Below are positions 38,285 through 48,021 of a stretch of 61,723 nt of DNA, piece by piece; the stretch's first letter is position 1; each line of letters begins with the position of its first letter. The position numbers and the translations under genes were made by a program. The notes below the pieces were generated by a model, which worked only from the letters and a program-made list of their open reading frames with translations, was not told the DNA's origin and did not search any database. This DNA is from Clostridia bacterium (GTDB lineage: Bacteria; Bacillota; Clostridia; Christensenellales; QALW01), in NCBI GenBank assembly GCA_045600145.1, contig JAZRXI010000087.1, positions 1 to 61,723 of the forward strand. The letters run 5' to 3'.

Positions 38285-38444
38285 ATGATTTCTCCCGTAA
38301 ACAAATATTCACTATATATGATAGCATAAAACAAAAAAAAATAAAAGCGTTTTATTCGGAGATAAGAAAATTATTTTTTTGCGAGCTTATTCTGGGGCTC
38401 CGCCACAAACCACGCGAGCTTTTCTATAGAAAAGCTCGACAAAA

Positions 38445-38530
38445 TATTTTTATTGCGCTTCGCACAGATTAAAAATAATGCAGTGCCTTATGCAAACTAT
38501 TCACAGACACTGTGTTTTATTATTGGTTAC
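38445..38530 (+). repeat. Intergenic repeat copy B (degenerate hairpin)
   Basis: ATATTTTTATTGCGCTTCGCACAGATTAAAAATAATGCAGTGCCTTATGC...CACTGTGTTTTATTATTGGTTAC aligns with copies A and C. It lies in the divergent cdaA/zur region. Confidence 0.7.
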
Positions 38531-38596
38531 TTTTGGTAGGCTTTGGAGCGGAGCCTCTGAAGATGGGAACACAAAAACTGTGCGTACAAATTCAGC

Positions 38597-38624
38597 TTGA
38601 CAGAAAAAAATATCCATGTATAAT
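38597..38624 (+). promoter_or_regulatory. Candidate sigma-A promoter of the zur-znu operon
   Basis: TTGACA (38597-38602), a 16-nt spacer and TATAAT (38619-38624). Confidence 0.6.
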
Positions 38625-38625
38625 T

Positions 38626-38652
38626 ATTATGAAATTGGGAATCATTTTCATA
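38626..38652. promoter_or_regulatory. Candidate Fur-family (Zur) operator overlapping the transcription start region
   Basis: Inverted repeat TATGAAA (38628-38634) / TTTCATA (38646-38652). An inner 7-1-7-like TGGGAAT-C-ATTTTCA lies immediately downstream of the -10 box. Confidence 0.45.
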
Positions 38653-38671
38653 TCGTAAGGAATGACAGCTA

Positions 38672-39070
38672 ATGCCACGAAGTTATAACACAAAGCAAAA
38701 GGATGAAATCAAAGCCGTTATCGCTGAGCTGAACGGCAAGCATTTCACTGCGGAGGACATCTGCGAAAAGATAAAAAGTACAGGTATAGCGGTAGGCATA
38801 TCAACGGTGTACCGACAGCTTGATAAAATGGTAAAAGAGGGTTTTTTACGCAAGTTCGTATCATCTGCGGGCGAAAGCGCATGCTATCAGGAAATATGCG
38901 ATTGCGGCGAACATTTTCACTTAAAGTGTATCGTATGCGGCAAGCTTGAGCATCTTTCATGTACGCATCTTGACGGCATCAATTCTCATGTTTTGTCAGA
39001 GCACGGATTCAAAATAGACCCGTCACGGACAGTCTTTTACGGTATCTGCGGGGAGTGCGGCAAAAAATGA
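38672..39070 (+). CDS. zur: Fur-family metalloregulator, probably Zur
   Basis: 132 aa with a winged-HTH (ISTVYRQLDKMVKEG) and CxxC pairs (HLKCIVCGK ... GICGECG). It is the first gene of a zinc ABC operon. Confidence 0.75.
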   Translation: MPRSYNTKQKDEIKAVIAELNGKHFTAEDICEKIKSTGIAVGISTVYRQLDKMVKEGFLRKFVSSAGESACYQEICDCGEHFHLKCIVCGKLEHLSCTHLDGINSHVLSEHGFKIDPSRTVFYGICGECGKK

Positions 39071-39996
39071 AACGGACAACCGCCATTATTCTTTGTGCTG
39101 TTTTTGCACTGTCACTTGCACTTTTGGGATGCTCGGTCACGGACGGCACGACAACCAAGCTGAAAATAACAGCTACTCTGTTCCCGCAGTACGATTTTTG
39201 CAAGCAAATAGTCGGTGATGATGCCGAAATAATCCTCCTGCTCCCGGCAGGTATGGAAAGCCATAATTATGAACCGTCTGTAGCCGATGCACTTGAAATA
39301 TCCTCATCAGACATTTTTGTCTATACAGGTGCTGATATGGAACCGTGGGCGCAGACGCTTATTGAAGGTCTCGATTCAGCGGTGCGGGTGGTCAATGCTT
39401 CCGATAATATAGAGCTTGACGAGCATGAGCACGAACACGAGCACGAGCATGAGTACGAGCGTGAGCATGAGCACGACCCTCATATCTGGACCGACCCGTT
39501 GAACGCAGTGACAATGGTCAGAAATATTCTTGCGGCATTGAATGAAAAAGATCCCGTCAATGCGCAAAAATACAACGACAATGCCGAAAAATATATCGCA
39601 GAGCTGAATGCACTCGACGGCGAGTTTTCAAAAATATCACAAAACGCAAAAACGCATACACTTTGTCACGGCGGACGCTTTTCCATGACCTATTTTGCCA
39701 AAAGGTACGGATTCGATTTTTTGCCGGCGTTTGATTCTTGCTCGTCACAGTCAGAACCGTCGGCGGCGCGGGTGAATGAGTTGATAAAGTCGGTCAAAGA
39801 AAACAAACTCACCGCGGTATTTTATGAGGAATTGACGGAGCCGCGTATTTCAAAGGTTATATGCGAGGAAACGGGCGCGGAAATGCTCCTGCTCCATAGC
39901 TGTCACAATGTTTCACGTGCAGAGCTGGAGGGCGGAGCAACATATGTTTCTTTAATGAAACAGAACGCTGATCACTTAAGAAAGGCACTGTTATGA
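39067..39996 (+). CDS. znuA: Zinc ABC transporter substrate-binding lipoprotein with a His/Glu-rich loop
   Basis: Lipobox LALLGC, cluster-9 SBP layout and loop DEHEHEHEHEHEYEREHEHDPH. ATGA overlap with the zur stop. Confidence 0.85.
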   Translation: MKRTTAIILCAVFALSLALLGCSVTDGTTTKLKITATLFPQYDFCKQIVGDDAEIILLLPAGMESHNYEPSVADALEISSSDIFVYTGADMEPWAQTLIEGLDSAVRVVNASDNIELDEHEHEHEHEHEYEREHEHDPHIWTDPLNAVTMVRNILAALNEKDPVNAQKYNDNAEKYIAELNALDGEFSKISQNAKTHTLCHGGRFSMTYFAKRYGFDFLPAFDSCSSQSEPSAARVNELIKSVKENKLTAVFYEELTEPRISKVICEETGAEMLLLHSCHNVSRAELEGGATYVSLMKQNADHLRKALL

Positions 39997-40697
39997 TACT
40001 TGAAGTAAAAAATCTGTCCGTCTCGCTTTCGGGTAGTGTGATACTCGAAAATATATCGTTTTCCGTCGATAAGGGAGATTATATCTGTATAGTCGGTGAA
40101 AACGGGAGCGGCAAAAGCACGCTCATAAAGGCTGTGCTCGGTCAGGTACCTGTCAAAAACGGTACGGTGACGGTCGACAAAAGTGCAGGCAGGATAGGCT
40201 ATCTTCCCCAGCAGAGCACTTTGCGCGGAGATTTTCCCGCATCATGCGGCGAGGTCGTACTGTCGGGTTGCTTGAATGGGCTCGGTATGCGTCCGTTTTT
40301 CGGAAAAAAAGAAAAGGAAACGGCAAAAGCAAATATGTGCAGACTCGGCATAGAAGCTTTGAGGGATAAGCCGTTCTCACAGCTTTCGGGCGGACAGAAA
40401 CAGCGAGTACTGCTCGCTCGCGCACTGTGCGCAAGCGAGAATCTGATTTTGCTCGATGAGCCGGTCACGGGACTTGACCCGATAGTCACTGAGGATATGT
40501 ATAGGCTTATTCGCGACATGAACGCACATGACGGAATAACGGTCCTGATGGTTTCACACGATATCCCCGCCGCCGCGAAGTACGCTTCAAAAATATTGCA
40601 TATCGGACAAACTGTACGCTTTTTCGGCAAAACCGCCGAATACATGAACAGTGAACTCGGGATCCACTTTACGGGGAGGTGCTGTGAGCATGTTTGA
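39993..40697 (+). CDS. znuC: Zinc ABC transporter ATP-binding protein
   Basis: Walker A GENGSGKST, signature LSGGQKQR and Walker B LILLDEP. Confidence 0.85.
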   Translation: MILEVKNLSVSLSGSVILENISFSVDKGDYICIVGENGSGKSTLIKAVLGQVPVKNGTVTVDKSAGRIGYLPQQSTLRGDFPASCGEVVLSGCLNGLGMRPFFGKKEKETAKANMCRLGIEALRDKPFSQLSGGQKQRVLLARALCASENLILLDEPVTGLDPIVTEDMYRLIRDMNAHDGITVLMVSHDIPAAAKYASKILHIGQTVRFFGKTAEYMNSELGIHFTGRCCEHV

Positions 40698-41502
40698 GCT
40701 TTTGAAAGAAATGCTTTCGTACGCATTCATTCTGCGCGCGCTTGCCGTCGGGATAATGGTATCTCTCTGTGCCTCACTGCTTGGCGTGACGCTCGTATTA
40801 AAGAAGTATTCAATGATAGGTGACGGACTTTCTCACGTAGGTTTTGGCGCAATGACTATCGCGCTTGCACTGAACACCGCTCCGCTGTATATCGCAGTGC
40901 CGGTGATGTTCGTTGCGGCATATCTTTTGCTTCGCCTGCGTGAAAACACTCGAATAAATTCCGATGCCGCGATAGCGATGATATCAAGCACCTCAATTGC
41001 CGTCGGCATAACCGCCGCGTCACTTTCGGGCGGCATGAACACTGATGTGTACGGCTATATGTTCGGAAGCATCCTTGCCGTAACGAAAGGCGATGTAATT
41101 ATTTCTGCACTGCTGTGCGGCTCGATAATCCTTGTATTCGTGCTGTGCTATAACCGTATTTTTGCCGTCACCTTCGATGAGGGCTTTGCTTCATCATCGG
41201 GCATGAAAACACGTCCGTTCAACGTACTGTTTGCCCTGCTTACCGCGGCGACGGTGATAGTCGGCATGCGAGTGATGGGAACGATGCTTATATCGGGCTT
41301 GATAATTTTCCCCGCCATAACTAGTATGCGTCTGTTCGATTCGTTTAAAAAAGTAACCGTCTGTGCCGCATTGATTGCGGTAGCGTCGTTCTGCATCGGC
41401 ATGTTTCTGAGCTTTGCGTTCTCATACATCCCTGCCGGCGCGGGAATAGTACTTACCGACCTTGCATTTTTCATTATCGCGTGCGCGATAAAGAGAAGAT
41501 AA
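40690..41502 (+). CDS. znuB: Zinc ABC transporter permease
   Basis: Polytopic ABC-3 family membrane protein. Its start (ATG 40690 or GTG 40684) overlaps the znuC stop. Confidence 0.85.
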   Translation: MFELLKEMLSYAFILRALAVGIMVSLCASLLGVTLVLKKYSMIGDGLSHVGFGAMTIALALNTAPLYIAVPVMFVAAYLLLRLRENTRINSDAAIAMISSTSIAVGITAASLSGGMNTDVYGYMFGSILAVTKGDVIISALLCGSIILVFVLCYNRIFAVTFDEGFASSSGMKTRPFNVLFALLTAATVIVGMRVMGTMLISGLIIFPAITSMRLFDSFKKVTVCAALIAVASFCIGMFLSFAFSYIPAGAGIVLTDLAFFIIACAIKRR

Positions 41503-41535
41503 CGATAAAACTGAACATAAATACATTTGACGATA

Positions 41536-41559
41536 AAAGCACGCCGAAGCGTGCTTTTT
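41536..41559. terminator. Bidirectional terminator between znuB and tRNA-Gly
   Basis: AAAGCACGC-CGAA-GCGTGCTTT flanked by A- and T-runs. Confidence 0.7.
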
Positions 41560-41561
41560 GT

Positions 41562-41635
41562 TGGAGCAGGTGACGGGAATCGAACCCGCGTAGTCGGCTT
41601 GGGAAGCCGAAACTCTGCCATTGAGTTACACCTGC
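41562..41635 (-). tRNA. tRNA-Gly (anticodon CCC), CCA encoded
   Basis: Reverse complement GCAGGTG...TCGGC-TTCCCAA-GCCGA...GCGGGTTCGATTCCCGT-CACCTGC-T-CCA. Perfect acceptor stem and discriminator U. Confidence 0.9.
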
Positions 41636-41731
41636 GTTTTCTGTATTATATTACATTGCTGCATATTTGTCAAACAATTTTACAGAAAAGCTTGCAGGGG
41701 TGTGTGGGAACAAAACTCCACCATTCATGTC

Positions 41732-42493
41732 CTAATGTCCCTGTTGTTTAAGCCATATTTTTATAACAAGACTGTGCGGCAGAAGCTTCACCGCAAGCAC
41801 TTGCATTTTGACTTGAAAGCCGTGTATCGACACCTGCTTATTCTTGCACATGTCACGGTATGCCGTATCAATGACATCCTTTGCCTTATACATTTTGTTA
41901 AAATATGTTACTGCGTCGCCCTGTTCGGTCTGTGCACGTGCAAAGAATTCCGTTTCGACCCAGCCGGGACATACCGCCATAACGTGAATGCTTTTTCCCT
42001 TCAGCTCTGCGTTAAGTCCGCGCGAATACGAAAGCACAAACGCCTTGCTCGCGGCATATACATTCAAGTACGGCACCGGCTGGAACGCCGAAAGCGAATC
42101 AAGCTCAACGATATGACCGCCACGTACCATATACGGCAGTGTTATCTGCGTAATTGCGACAAGCGCCTTGCAATTCAAGTCTATCATTCCGACACTGTCA
42201 TCAAGCGACACGACATCCGTATGCCCGAATTTTCCGTAGCCGGAGCAATTCACAAGTATTTTGACCTCCGGCTTTTCCGATTCAAGCAATATGCGGTATG
42301 CCTTGATGCTTTCGGTATCCGTCAGGTCACACGGGATCGTCCTGAGCGGAGTTTTTACCTCGGCTTTCAGTTCATCAAGTCTGTCTGCACGGCGTGCCAA
42401 CACCCATATTTCATCAAGCTTCTCGTTCTTGTCGAGCTTTTTGACAAATTCTCGTCCCATGCCAGAAGACGCACCCGTTACTATCGCTATCAT
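41732..42493 (-). CDS. Short-chain dehydrogenase/reductase (SDR) family oxidoreductase
   Basis: TGASSGMG Rossmann motif and YAASKAF catalytic Y-x3-K. Confidence 0.85.
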   Translation of the reverse strand: MIAIVTGASSGMGREFVKKLDKNEKLDEIWVLARRADRLDELKAEVKTPLRTIPCDLTDTESIKAYRILLESEKPEVKILVNCSGYGKFGHTDVVSLDDSVGMIDLNCKALVAITQITLPYMVRGGHIVELDSLSAFQPVPYLNVYAASKAFVLSYSRGLNAELKGKSIHVMAVCPGWVETEFFARAQTEQGDAVTYFNKMYKAKDVIDTAYRDMCKNKQVSIHGFQVKMQVLAVKLLPHSLVIKIWLKQQGH

Positions 42494-42628
42494 AAGGCTT
42501 CCTCCGTTTCAAAGATATTATATACATATTTTAACACCGTATGAGTTATTTTTCAAGCAAAAAACATTTGCCTTTTTGCAATATGTATTGTACAATATAT
42601 ACAGTAATTTTGAAAGGAAGTTGCAAAA

Positions 42629-43195
42629 ATGGATAAGTTTATTATTGAAACCAGCGCACGTCATGTGCATGTAACAAAGGAACATCTTGAGATCCTTTTC
42701 GGTAAAGGCTATGAGCTGACCGTTAAAAAGAACCTTTCACAGCCCGGTCAGTTCGCTTCAAATGAGCGTGTTACCGTCGTAGGACCTAAGAAAGAACTCG
42801 CAAATGTTTCCATTCTCGGCCCAGTCCGTCCTGCTTCACAGGTAGAGCTTTCAGCGACCGACTGCCGTTCGATTGGCGTTGATATTGCCGTAAGAGAATC
42901 CGGCGACATTACAGGCACACCTGCTTGCAAGCTTGTAGGTCCTTGCGGGGAGGTTGAGCTTACCGAAGGCGTTATCGTTGCAAAGCGTCATATCCATATG
43001 ACGCCGGCCGATGCCGAAAAGTTCGGGGTTAAGGATAAACAGATAGTTTCCGTTAAGGCGGAAAGTGCTGTTCGCGGCTGCACATTTGATGACGTTGTCG
43101 TTCGAGTAAGCGATAAGTTCTCACTTGCAATGCACATTGATACCGATGAAAGCAATGCTGCGTTCGGTGTTAAGGAAGGCTATATCGTAAAATAA
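42629..43195 (+). CDS. pduL: Phosphate acyltransferase PduL (phosphate propanoyl/acetyltransferase)
   Basis: ETSARHVHVTKEHLEILFG ... AKRHIHMTPADAEKFG. The duplicated PduL motifs are diagnostic. Confidence 0.88.
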   Translation: MDKFIIETSARHVHVTKEHLEILFGKGYELTVKKNLSQPGQFASNERVTVVGPKKELANVSILGPVRPASQVELSATDCRSIGVDIAVRESGDITGTPACKLVGPCGEVELTEGVIVAKRHIHMTPADAEKFGVKDKQIVSVKAESAVRGCTFDDVVVRVSDKFSLAMHIDTDESNAAFGVKEGYIVK

Positions 43196-43416
43196 TTTCT
43201 GTTATGCATATGTGATGCGGGGAACAGAGCCCCTTTGCAAAAGCGGCGCATATAGATGGCGGACAGTAACAAAGAATGTAAATTTTTCTTAAATTTCAAA
43301 AAGTTTTTATAAAATTCTGTTTACTTATTCCGCCAAAAGTAGTATTGTATATATTGATAGATTTCGGTCGTTGTGCATTAACGCTTGACCGGTAAAATAT
43401 TTAGGAGGAAATTGTT

Positions 43417-46400
43417 ATGGCAAGAAAGTTCAAGACCATGGATGGTAACAATGCGGCAGCATATGTCAGCTACGCTTTTACCGAGGTTGCCGGTATTTAT
43501 CCGATAACCCCCTCAAGTCCCATGGCAGATTACGTTGACCAGTGGGCAGCACAGGGTCAGAAAAACATTTTCGGTACAACAGTTAAGGTAGCCGAAATGC
43601 AGTCAGAGGCGGGTGCCTCCGGTACTGTACACGGCTCTTTGGCGGCAGGTGCGCTTACCACCACCTATACCGCTTCTCAGGGACTTCTTCTGATGATCCC
43701 CAACATGTATAAGATCGCGGGCGAATTACTTCCCTGCGTATTCCATGTGTCGGCACGTTGCGTAGCCAGCCACGCGCTCAACATCTTCGGCGATCATTCC
43801 GACGTTTACGCTTGCCGTCAGACAGGCTTCGCGATGATGGCTGAAACCAATCCTCAGGAAGTAATGGATCTTGCTCCCGTTGCGCATCTTGCGGCTATCG
43901 AGGGCAGAGTACCGTTCCTCAACTTCTTTGACGGCTTCCGTACCTCTCATGAGATACAGAAGGTAGCTGTCTGGGATTATGACGATCTTAAAGAAATGTG
44001 CGACATGGATGCCGTTGATGCTTTCCGTAAGCGTGCGCTCAACCCCGAGCGTCCCGTAATGCGCGGCAGTCATGAAAACGGTGATATCTTCTTCCAGCAC
44101 AGAGAGGCTTGCAACGCTTATTACGAAGCAGTTCCCGCTATCGTTGAAAAGTATATGGCAAAGATCAACGAAAAGCTCGGAACGGATTACAAGCTGTTCA
44201 ACTACTACGGCGCACCCGACGCAGAGCGCGTTATCGTTGCGATGGGCTCTATCTGCGACGTTGCCGAGGAAGTTATTGATTACCTTACCGCCAAGGGCGA
44301 AAAGGTCGGACTTGTAAAAGTTCGTCTGTACCGTCCCTTCTCGGCTGAAAAGCTTATCGAGGCTATTCCCGAGACAGCAAAGACGATCGCCGTGCTTGAC
44401 AGAACAAAAGAGCCCGGCGCTATCGGCGAGCCGCTTTATATGGATGTTGTTACTGCGCTTGCTTCAAAGGGCATCTGCAAGAAGATCATCGGCGGCAGAT
44501 ACGGTCTCGGCTCAAAGGATACTCCCCCCGCAAGCATTTTCGCGGTTTACGACGAGCTTAAAAAGGCTGAGCCCAAAGAGCATTTCACACTCGGCATAAA
44601 CGATGATGTTACTTATCTTTCACTTGAGGAGAAGCCAGCGCCCAACACTGCGGCAGAAGGCACTATCGAGTGCAAGTTCTGGGGCTTGGGCGGCGACGGT
44701 ACAGTCGGTGCCAACAAGGACTCCATTAAGATCATCGGTGACCACACAGACAAGAATGTTCAGGCATACTTCCAGTATGACTCAAAGAAGACCGGCGGTG
44801 TAACGATTTCGCACCTCCGCTTCGGTGATAAGCCCATCAAGAGCCCCTATTACATCAATAAGGCTGACTTCGTTGCCTGCCACAACCCCTCATACGTTGA
44901 AAAGGGCTACAGAATGGTCAATGACGTTAAGCCCGGAGGTGTATTCCTTATCAACTGTCAGTGGGACGAAAAGGAGCTTGAGGAGAAGCTTTCGGGTGAA
45001 GCAAAGAGATATATCGCAAACAACAATATTCAGCTTTACACCGTAAACGCTATCGACCTTGCCGCACAGATCGGCTTGGGCAAGCGTACAAACACGGTTC
45101 TTCAGTCTGCGTTCTTTGCTCTTTCGGCTGTTCTTCCCCGTGAAGAAGCTATCGGCTATATGAAGGAAAAAGCTCAGAAGTTCATGAAGAAGGGTAAAGA
45201 AATCGTTGAAATGAACGAAAAGGCTATCGACGCAGGTGCCAACGCTTACGTTAAGGTCGAAGTTCCCGAATCATGGAAGAATGCAGAGGATAAGCCCGAA
45301 GCCGCTACTACAAAGGGAAGCGCTAAGCTTATCAAGATGGTTGACGGCATCATGAAGCCCGTAGGAAAGATGAACGGTGATCTTCTTCCCGTTTCCGCTT
45401 TCGTTGACCACGTTGACGGTACATTCGAGCAGGGTGCCGCCGCTTACGAAAAGCGCGGTGTTGCCGTTATGGTACCCGCTTGGAACAATGAGACCTGCGT
45501 AGGCTGCAACAAGTGCGCATTCGTTTGCCCGCACGCGACCATCCGTCCGTTCGCTCTCAACGATGCAGAAAAGGCTGCCGCTCCCGCAAACATCAAGTAC
45601 GCTGTCAAGGAAAAGACAGCCGCCAACAAGGGCTTTGCTTATACGCTCGCTGTTTCGCCTATGGATTGCATGGGTTGCGGCGTTTGCGTAGGCGTTTGCC
45701 CGACCAAGTCACTTACAATGGTATCCCGTGAATCTCAGGACGACATGCAGCCCGTATTTGATTACTGCGTAGATGCCGTCTCCGAGAAGAAAGAGCTTAC
45801 CGCTGCTATAAATGCTATTTCCAGCCAGTACAAACAGCCGTTGCTTGAGTTCTCCGGCTCATGCGCAGGCTGTGCCGAGACCGCTTATGCCCGTCTCATC
45901 ACACAGCTTTTCGGTGACAGAATGTACATCTCCAACGCGACCGGTTGCTCCTCTATCTGGGGCGGTCCTGCCGCAACGAGCCCCTACACCGTAAACAAGG
46001 AAGGTCACGGACCTGCATGGGCTAACTCACTGTTCGAGGACAACGCCGAGCATGGCTACGGTATGTATCTCGGTCAGAAAGCCATCCGCACACAGCTTAT
46101 CGAGCAGGTAAAGGAGATCACCGAAAAGGCAGAAGCTCCCGAAGCTCTTAAGGCGGCGGCGCAGGCTTATCTTGACACTGTTGATGACGGCAAGGCTAAC
46201 GCGGAAGCTACAAAGGCTCTTGTTGCCGAGCTTGAAAAGGTTGCGGGCAACTGCGAGCATTGCGCTTCGATACTTGCAAAGAAAGAATATCTTTCCAAGA
46301 AATCCGTATGGATCTTCGGCGGCGATGGTTGGGCATACGATATCGGCTTCGGCGGACTTGACCATGTACTTGCTTCGGGCGAGGATATCAACATCATGGT

Positions 46401-46944
46401 ATTCGATACCGAGGTTTACTCCAACACCGGCGGACAGGCTTCAAAGGCTTCGCAGATCGGTCAGGTAGCACAGTTTGCCGCGGCAGGTAAGACTATCGCC
46501 AAGAAGAGCCTTGCCGAGATCGCAATGAGCTACGGTTACATCTATGTTGCACAGGTTGCTATGGGTGCCGATCCCGCTCAGACGCTCAAGGCGATGCAGG
46601 AGGCTGAAGCTTACCACGGTCCGTCGCTTATCATCGGCTATGCACCCTGCGAGATGCACTCCATCAAGGGCGGTATGATCCACTGCCAGGATGAGATGAA
46701 GAAGGCTGTTGAATGCGGTTATTGGAATATGTTCCGCTTCAATCCTGCAAGTGAGAAGCCCTTCACGATCGATTCCAAGGCTCCCACGACGGATTACAAG
46801 GAGTTCATCCTGAACGAAGCACGTTATTCATCGCTTACACGTTCGTTCCCCGAACGTGCGGAAGAGCTGTTCAACAAGGCGGCTGAAACCGCTAAGGCGA
46901 AACGCGCTCATCTTGAAAAGCTTCAGGCACTCTATAACGAATAA
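43417..46944 (+). CDS. nifJ: Pyruvate:ferredoxin (flavodoxin) oxidoreductase, single-polypeptide type
   Basis: 1175 aa with an MDGNNAAAYVSYAFTEVAGIYPITPSS N-terminus, two ferredoxin C-x2-C-x2-C-x3-CP motifs and a TPP domain (GGDGWAYDIGFGGLDHV). Confidence 0.95.
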   Translation: MARKFKTMDGNNAAAYVSYAFTEVAGIYPITPSSPMADYVDQWAAQGQKNIFGTTVKVAEMQSEAGASGTVHGSLAAGALTTTYTASQGLLLMIPNMYKIAGELLPCVFHVSARCVASHALNIFGDHSDVYACRQTGFAMMAETNPQEVMDLAPVAHLAAIEGRVPFLNFFDGFRTSHEIQKVAVWDYDDLKEMCDMDAVDAFRKRALNPERPVMRGSHENGDIFFQHREACNAYYEAVPAIVEKYMAKINEKLGTDYKLFNYYGAPDAERVIVAMGSICDVAEEVIDYLTAKGEKVGLVKVRLYRPFSAEKLIEAIPETAKTIAVLDRTKEPGAIGEPLYMDVVTALASKGICKKIIGGRYGLGSKDTPPASIFAVYDELKKAEPKEHFTLGINDDVTYLSLEEKPAPNTAAEGTIECKFWGLGGDGTVGANKDSIKIIGDHTDKNVQAYFQYDSKKTGGVTISHLRFGDKPIKSPYYINKADFVACHNPSYVEKGYRMVNDVKPGGVFLINCQWDEKELEEKLSGEAKRYIANNNIQLYTVNAIDLAAQIGLGKRTNTVLQSAFFALSAVLPREEAIGYMKEKAQKFMKKGKEIVEMNEKAIDAGANAYVKVEVPESWKNAEDKPEAATTKGSAKLIKMVDGIMKPVGKMNGDLLPVSAFVDHVDGTFEQGAAAYEKRGVAVMVPAWNNETCVGCNKCAFVCPHATIRPFALNDAEKAAAPANIKYAVKEKTAANKGFAYTLAVSPMDCMGCGVCVGVCPTKSLTMVSRESQDDMQPVFDYCVDAVSEKKELTAAINAISSQYKQPLLEFSGSCAGCAETAYARLITQLFGDRMYISNATGCSSIWGGPAATSPYTVNKEGHGPAWANSLFEDNAEHGYGMYLGQKAIRTQLIEQVKEITEKAEAPEALKAAAQAYLDTVDDGKANAEATKALVAELEKVAGNCEHCASILAKKEYLSKKSVWIFGGDGWAYDIGFGGLDHVLASGEDINIMVFDTEVYSNTGGQASKASQIGQVAQFAAAGKTIAKKSLAEIAMSYGYIYVAQVAMGADPAQTLKAMQEAEAYHGPSLIIGYAPCEMHSIKGGMIHCQDEMKKAVECGYWNMFRFNPASEKPFTIDSKAPTTDYKEFILNEARYSSLTRSFPERAEELFNKAAETAKAKRAHLEKLQALYNE

Positions 46945-46948
46945 GATT

Positions 46949-46976
46949 ATGCGGGGCTTTGCCTCGCATTTTCTTT
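46949..46976 (+). terminator. Terminator after PFOR
   Basis: ATGCGGGG / CCTCGCAT stem followed by TTTCTTT. Confidence 0.55.
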
Positions 46977-47093
46977 GTGGTGCTCCGATTCAACTCCCAC
47001 CGGCACACTTTCTTTAAATAAAGGGAAAAAAGTCCCCGCTAAAGGTTTTGACGGAGCATCTTTCAAAAATCTGTTTATGAGAGGATGACTGAA

Positions 47094-47798
47094 ATGTTTG
47101 TTAATTATGCGCATCGCGGCGCGAGCGCATATTATCCTGAAAACACGATGAGTGCTTTCTATGCCGGAATTGAAATGAATGCTAACGGAATCGAAACGGA
47201 TATCCATAAGACCAAGGACGGCGTTCTTGTTATGTTCCATGATGATACACTTGAACGAGTAACCGATCATACCGGCAGGATATGCGACCATACATACGAA
47301 GAATTACTCGGTGTCAATGTGTATAACAATGACAAAACCAAAATTGACAAAGTACCCGCTTTTGATGATTTTCTCAAATACTTTTCGTTCAGAAATCTGA
47401 CTTTTGCTATTGAATTGAAGCAGGACAACATAGAAAAAGAAACGGTAGACATTATCGAAAAATACGGTATATGTGATAAAGTGATAATAACTTCGTTTTC
47501 TTTTGAATATCTCCGCCGTGTTAAAGAGTATGCACCCAAATACAAAATAGGGTATCTTTACAAAGATGATGACAACGCACTTGAAAAGGTGCTTTCGATA
47601 AACGGTGAGCAGCTTTGTCCGTATGCAAAAAGCATTACGCCTGAATTTGTAAAAGAAATCAAAAAAACGGGTCTTTCAATCAGAGCGTGGGGCGTGAGTG
47701 ACGAAGAAATTATGCGACGTCTGTATGATTTCGGAGTTGACGGAATGACGGTCAATTTCCCCGATAAGCTTCAAATGTATGTTGAGGGAAAAAAGTAA
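47094..47798 (+). CDS. Glycerophosphodiester phosphodiesterase (GDPD family)
   Basis: YAHRGAS...PENT...ETDIHKTKDGVLVMFHDDTLERVT signature. The ATG at 47094 has better RBS spacing than the one at 47085. Confidence 0.85.
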   Translation: MFVNYAHRGASAYYPENTMSAFYAGIEMNANGIETDIHKTKDGVLVMFHDDTLERVTDHTGRICDHTYEELLGVNVYNNDKTKIDKVPAFDDFLKYFSFRNLTFAIELKQDNIEKETVDIIEKYGICDKVIITSFSFEYLRRVKEYAPKYKIGYLYKDDDNALEKVLSINGEQLCPYAKSITPEFVKEIKKTGLSIRAWGVSDEEIMRRLYDFGVDGMTVNFPDKLQMYVEGKK

Positions 47799-47820
47799 AT
47801 TTATCAGGATAAAAATATAT

Positions 47821-47867
47821 CCCCGCAGAGATTCGCATTGCGTTTTGTTGCGGGGAAAGTTTTTTTG
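47821..47867. terminator. Hairpin terminator at the left edge of the AT-rich block
   Basis: CCCCGCA (47821-47827) / TGCGGGG (47849-47855) followed by AAAGTTTTTTT. Confidence 0.5.
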
Positions 47868-48021
47868 TTTGTTGCCATTTGTTTATTTAATTTATGCTGA
47901 AGCCAAAATCGCAAGATTTCGGCAGAAAAAGCATGAAAATGCTTTTTCTCAAACTGCTAATGATGTGTCGGCAGTTATTCAGCAGACATTATTTAATAGA
48001 ATGGGCGGTGTTAAATGCGAA

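Noticed and set aside
39421-39480. Periodic GAGCAC/GAGCAT repeats (a CRISPR or microsatellite-like signal)
   Set aside because: They lie inside the znuA coding frame and encode the His/Glu metal-binding loop. The period is 6 nt and there are no spacers.
41621-42544. 307-aa ORF on the + strand
   Set aside because: It lies entirely antisense to a clear SDR gene (TGASSGMG, Y-x3-K) and overlaps tRNA-Gly. Its translation is Cys/Arg/His-rich with no motifs. It is a shadow ORF.
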